The notes below the pieces were generated by a model. That model was not told the DNA's origin. It ran no database searches and saw nothing but the letters and a program-made list of their open reading frames with translations. This document shows positions 60,135 through 64,000 of a stretch of DNA of 64,000 nt, piece after piece. How positions within the stretch are numbered: the first letter of the stretch is position 1; each line of letters opens with the position of its first letter. The position numbers and the translations under genes were made by a program. This DNA is from an uncultured delta proteobacterium. GTDB lineage: Bacteria; Myxococcota_A; UBA9160; SZUA-336. The stretch lies in contig CAVPHD010000009.1 in assembly GCA_963704165.1 (NCBI GenBank), forward strand, positions 288,001-352,000, written 5' to 3'.

Positions 60135-60944
60135 CTAGCGCCCTTTCCAGACGGGCTTGCGCTTTTCGACGAACGCGCGCTGCGCCTCGCGCGCGTCTTC
60201 GGTCTTGCGCAGTGGACGTCCGAGCTCCTCCTGGCGGCGCCAGGCCTCGTCGAGCGGAAGCGCGAGCAGCTCTCGTACACCGGATCGCGTCGCACGCACC
60301 GCGAGCGGAGCGTTGGCGGCGATCGCATCGGCGTAGGTGAAGGCCGCGTCGAGCAGCGCCTCGGCCGCCACGATCCGGTTCACGAGGCCGATCTCGAGCG
60401 CACGGTTGGCCGGAATGGGCCGGGCCGTGAGCAGGAGCTCGTGCGCGTTCACCCAGCCGATCTGCCGCGGCAAGAGCACCGTCGCGTTTCCGGTCGGGTA
60501 CAGGCCGATCGCGACCTCTTCGAGTGCGAAGCTCGCGTGCGGCACCGCGACCCGAAGCTCGGCGGCGAGCATCAGATCGAATCCGCCGGCACGAGCGTGG
60601 CCGTTGATCGCCGCAACGAGCGGCTTGCCGAGATCGAAACCCGCGAGCAACGCCGTCGAGACGTCGCGCAGCCCTTCGAAGGCCTCGGGATCGATGCGCT
60701 CGCCGCGCGCGAGCGCCTGCGCGACGGGGATCGTCTCGCGCATGTCCATGCCGGAGCAGAACACGCGCGGACCCGCCCCCGTCACGACCGCGCAGCGGAT
60801 CTCGTCGTCGCGCGCGATCTCGCGCCAACCGTCGGCGAGTGCACGCAGCGTCTTCGGATCGAGCGCGTTCGCACGCTCCGGACGGTCGATCGTCAAGAGC
60901 GCGACGCCCGGATGATCTGCGGGTCGTTCGAGGCGCGCGGTCAT
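60135..60944 (-). CDS. Enoyl-CoA hydratase/isomerase
   Basis: FCSGMD, AINGHARAGG, AFVEKRKPVWKGR. Confidence 0.92.
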   Translation of the reverse strand: MTARLERPADHPGVALLTIDRPERANALDPKTLRALADGWREIARDDEIRCAVVTGAGPRVFCSGMDMRETIPVAQALARGERIDPEAFEGLRDVSTALLAGFDLGKPLVAAINGHARAGGFDLMLAAELRVAVPHASFALEEVAIGLYPTGNATVLLPRQIGWVNAHELLLTARPIPANRALEIGLVNRIVAAEALLDAAFTYADAIAANAPLAVRATRSGVRELLALPLDEAWRRQEELGRPLRKTEDAREAQRAFVEKRKPVWKGR

Positions 60945-60947
60945 CGG

Positions 60948-62118
60948 CTAGTGGTGGAAGAGGCGAAGCTGGGTGTGGACCATCGCGATGCCGTACTCGC
61001 GGCACGCCGCCTCGATCTCGTCGTCGCGCGTCGAGCCGCCCGGCTGCGCGATGAACTTCACGCCGTGTTCGCGCGCGTGGTCGATGTTGTCGCGGAACGG
61101 GATGAACCCGTCGGAGACGAGCGAGACGCCGTCGAGCCGCGCGATCCACGCGCGGCGCTCGTCCTCGGTGAGCAGCACGAGCGGCTCGTCGAGGACGTCG
61201 CGCAGCGCGGCCTCCTCGGACGCGGTCAGATCGCCCTCGATGTAGCGGACGCGCCAGTTGATGCGCTGCTGCCGCTTGACGCCCGGGCTTGAAGCGCGAG
61301 GCCCAGCACCTTCGGGTGTCGGCCGAGGTGCCAGACGTCGGCCTTCGCGCCGGCGAGCTTCGTGCAGTCGACGCGGCGACTGCTGTCCCGCGCCGATGCC
61401 GATCATCTGTCCGTCGAGCGCGTAGCCGACCGAGTTCGACTGCGTGTACTTGATCGCGATCAGCCCGAGAAGGAGGTCGCGCCGCGCGTCGTCGGTGAGC
61501 GTGCCGCAGACCGACGTTCGCGAGGTGGCCTGGCGTCACGCGGCGGTTGTTGCGGTCCTGCACGAGCCGCATGCCGAAGAGCTCGCGCGCCTCGCGCGTC
61601 CGGCGGCTCGAAGCCGGCGTCGGCCTGCAGGACGATGAACGACCCGCCCTTCTTGCTCGCAGAGCGTGCGCAGCGCCACCGCGCTCGTAGCCCGGCGCGA
61701 TGATCCCGTCGCGACACGACGCCCTTCAGGAAGTCGGCGGTCGCCTCGTCGACGACGTCGCGAGAGCGCGACGAAGTCGCCGAACGAGCACTTCGGATCC
61801 GCGCCGCGCGCGCGCACGTAGGCCGTCGCGGCGGGCGTGAGCGACTGTCCGTCGCACCTCGTAGGCGCGCACGAGATCGTCGGGGAGGGCGACGGCCACC
61901 GCCGCGCCCGGCGGGCGAGACGTGCTTGAAGCTCGCGGCCGCCGGCCAGCCCGAGCGCCTCGCGCAGCTTCCGCGACGAGCTGCCAGGCGTTCAGCGCGT
62001 CGAGCAGGTTGATCAGCGAGGGCGTACCGGAGAGCAGCTCGACCGGGAGCTTCCCGCCGTGGATCGGCTCGAGCGCGGCGAAGCTCTGATGGGGATTGCA
62101 GCCGTACTTGAGTCGCAT
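60948..62118 (-). CDS. purH: AICAR formyltransferase (PurH-like, transformylase domain only), multiply frameshifted
   Basis: LKYGCNPHQ, NLLDALNAW, SFGDF, GIGAGQQS, SDGFIPFRD, QPGGS, RLFHH. Confidence 0.88.
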
Positions 62119-62271
62119 CGACGCGGATCCTCCGGGAAAGGCCGGCAGAGCATGCGCGATGCGCGGCGATTCCTCAACGCGCGGGGAGCCGAGCGGAGCA
62201 GCCTCGCTGCACCTGCTGCGTGCGCGCTGCAGCCCCGTGCCGCGTCCGGCTCCGGGCTCGCGTCACGCGTC

Positions 62272-62287
62272 TGGCATCGGGGTTGCA
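62272..62287 (+). promoter_or_regulatory. Sigma-54 -24/-12 promoter
   Basis: TGGCATCGGGGTTGCA, exact GG-N10-GC spacing. Confidence 0.7.
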
Positions 62288-62321
62288 ATTCCCTTCGACC
62301 GTTCCACTCGGGAGATCCGAA

Positions 62322-62459
62322 ATGAGCCCATCCGATCCTCCACCGGCCGAGCCGACGATCCCGGCGAGCGGTCGGGCGCGCGCGGGCGAGACGATCGTCG
62401 AGCTCTCGTTCGCGCTTCTGCTCGTCGGCGTCTGGCTGGTGACGTGCCTCGCGGGCTGA
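62322..62459 (+). CDS. 45-aa small protein with a single C-terminal TM helix
   Basis: GGAG RBS, ATG 62322; MSPSDPPPAEPTIPASGRARAGETIVELSFALLLVGVWLVTCLAG; follows a sigma-54 motif. Confidence 0.55.
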   Translation: MSPSDPPPAEPTIPASGRARAGETIVELSFALLLVGVWLVTCLAG

Positions 62460-62473
62460 TCGCGGCCTGACGT

Positions 62474-62776
62474 TCAGTCGGAAAGGATCCGGATCGCGAA
62501 GCCGTCTTCGGTCGTGCGAACGAACTCGCCGCGAAGCGGCTTCGGGGCGACGCCCTTCGCCGCGGCGTAGTGGATCTCGACGGGGGTGCCGGGCTCGAGC
62601 CTGAGTACGGGGCCGACGATCCGAGCGCCGCTCGGAGAGACATCGGCGATCGCCGCACGCTCGATCCGGCCGGCAACGTGAACGTCGACCAGGATGCGCG
62701 ATCGGCAGCGGGGCGCGGCCCGCGTCGAGGCGACCTCGGCGGGTAGCGGATCGGGAGCGGGCTTCGCGATGGCCAT
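62474..62776 (-). CDS. Single-domain PilZ (c-di-GMP receptor)
   Basis: RAAPR (RxxxR) and DVSPSG (DxSxxG). Confidence 0.8.
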   Translation of the reverse strand: MAIAKPAPDPLPAEVASTRAAPRCRSRILVDVHVAGRIERAAIADVSPSGARIVGPVLRLEPGTPVEIHYAAAKGVAPKPLRGEFVRTTEDGFAIRILSD

Positions 62777-62845
62777 CCTTGGAAAGAATCGGCGCGACGC
62801 CGGGATGGCTTGATATCCTGCGCGCCCCCCGAGGGAGGATCCCGA

Positions 62846-63694
62846 TTGCGCTTCACATTGGCCGCGCTCCGACTCCTGCCGCGGAACTCGATCTCGCGAG
62901 CCGCAGGGCGCTTCGCGGCCGTGCGTTGGCCGGGTCCGCTCATGCGCGCCGGAATTCGGCTCTTCGCGCGCGCCTTCGGCGTCGATCTCGACGAGGTGCG
63001 CGATCCGCTCGAGAGCTTCGGCTCGCTCCAGGAGTTCTTCACGCGGGCGCTCCGCGAGGGCGCGCGGCCGATCGACCCGGCGAGCGAGGCGCTGGTGTCG
63101 CCGTGCGACGGCGCGTTCGGCGAGTCGGGAATCGTGCGCGGCGGGCAGGTTCTTCAGCTGAAGGGTCGCCCGTACGGACTGCGCGAGCTGCTCGGGAGCG
63201 AGGCGGATGCCGCATCCTTCGAGGGCGGCGCCTACGCGACGCTCTACCTCTCGCCGCGCGACTACCACCGCTTCCACTCGCCCTGCGCGCTCCGCGTCGA
63301 GCGGCTCCGCTACCTGCCCGGGACGCTCTGGCCCGTGAACCGGATCGGGCTCGAAGGCGTGGACGCGCTCTTCGCACAGAACGAGCGCATCTGCGCGTTC
63401 ATGCGCACCCCGCGGGGGGACGCCGTTCTGTGTCTGGTCGCGGTGGGCGCGACGATGGTCGGAAAGGTGCGGGTCGAGTTCGATTCGCTCGAGACCAACC
63501 TGCCGGGCGCCCGCGCCACCGAGCGCAGCTATCCGGACGGGATCCCGCTCGACAAGGGAGCGGAGTGGGGCCGGTTCGAGTTCGGTTCGACCCTCGTGCT
63601 GCTCGCGAAACCCGGCGCGGTCGAGCTCGAGATCCGCGCGCCCGGCACGCCCGTGCGCCTCGGCGAGCGGATCGGCCGCCTAGCGCTTGCGTGA
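62846..63694 (+). CDS. psd: Phosphatidylserine decarboxylase proenzyme
   Basis: FFTR, SPCDG, YLSPRDYHRFH, NER, FGST self-cleavage motif; GGAGG plus TTG start. Confidence 0.95.
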   Translation: MRFTLAALRLLPRNSISRAAGRFAAVRWPGPLMRAGIRLFARAFGVDLDEVRDPLESFGSLQEFFTRALREGARPIDPASEALVSPCDGAFGESGIVRGGQVLQLKGRPYGLRELLGSEADAASFEGGAYATLYLSPRDYHRFHSPCALRVERLRYLPGTLWPVNRIGLEGVDALFAQNERICAFMRTPRGDAVLCLVAVGATMVGKVRVEFDSLETNLPGARATERSYPDGIPLDKGAEWGRFEFGSTLVLLAKPGAVELEIRAPGTPVRLGERIGRLALA

Positions 63695-64000
63695 GCCCCG
63701 CGGCGCCCGTGCGCGACGCGAAAGCGCCGCCCGCTTCGCCGCCCCGTGCGCGAGCTCGAGCCAGCACCGCAGCTCGTCGGGATCCTCGAACGCGTCGGCA
63801 GGCGCCTCGAAGTAGGACATCACGACCGGTTTTGCGCGCGCGCTCGACGAGTACTCGAACGGCCGGCTGCCCGCCGCTTCGAAGCGCGCGCGCGTCTCGG
63901 CGTCGGTCTTCAGGTACAGGACGTCCGCCGCGACGAGTCCCACCATGAGCTCTCCGAGGTACAGGCCGTGACCACCGAACATCGCGCGCGCACTCGCGCG
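63680..64000 (-). CDS. TfoX/Sxy N-terminal domain protein (5' end outside the window)
   Basis: ARAMFGGHGLY, LYLKTD, PFEY, MSYF. Confidence 0.88.
   Translation of the reverse strand, partial: RASARAMFGGHGLYLGELMVGLVAADVLYLKTDAETRARFEAAGSRPFEYSSSARAKPVVMSYFEAPADAFEDPDELRCWLELAHGAAKRAALSRRARAPRGSRKR

Overview
High-GC bacterial chromosomal segment. Gene content and order (tig-clpP-clpX-lon flanked by tRNAs, sigma-54 regulators, PilZ protein, a Myxococcus-like S41 lipoprotein) suggest a Myxococcota/deltaproteobacterial genome, which is an inference. About 50 CDS and 6 tRNA genes (Asp-GTC, Val-TAC, Leu-TAG, Lys-CTT, Arg-TCG, His-GTG) can be supported. No rRNA, CRISPR array, integrase or transposase was found. 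Four blocks (oxoprolinase, clpB, an acyl-CoA ligase, purH) carry dense frameshifts that look like long-read or polishing artefacts. Best leads: (1) a Cys-free, probably exported peroxiredoxin with in-frame UGA at the peroxidatic position and a SECIS-like hairpin, i.e. a selenoprotein split by the ORF caller; (2) an operon of a 2TM histidine kinase, an NtrC-type activator and PspA behind a sigma-54 promoter, a possible Psp/Lia hybrid envelope-stress circuit; (3) a metal-storage islet (orphan encapsulin-type ferritin, ZIP transporter, second ferritin-like protein) between a truncated SDR gene and the tRNA-Asp 3' end; (4) a divergent B12-dependent acyl-CoA mutase with altered active-site residues; (5) paaABC without paaD/E, coupled instead to SnoaL-like, N-acetyltransferase and epoxide-hydrolase genes; (6) a prokaryotic pentameric ligand-gated channel and a small sigma-54-driven membrane peptide. 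All product calls come from motif recognition by eye, not database searches.
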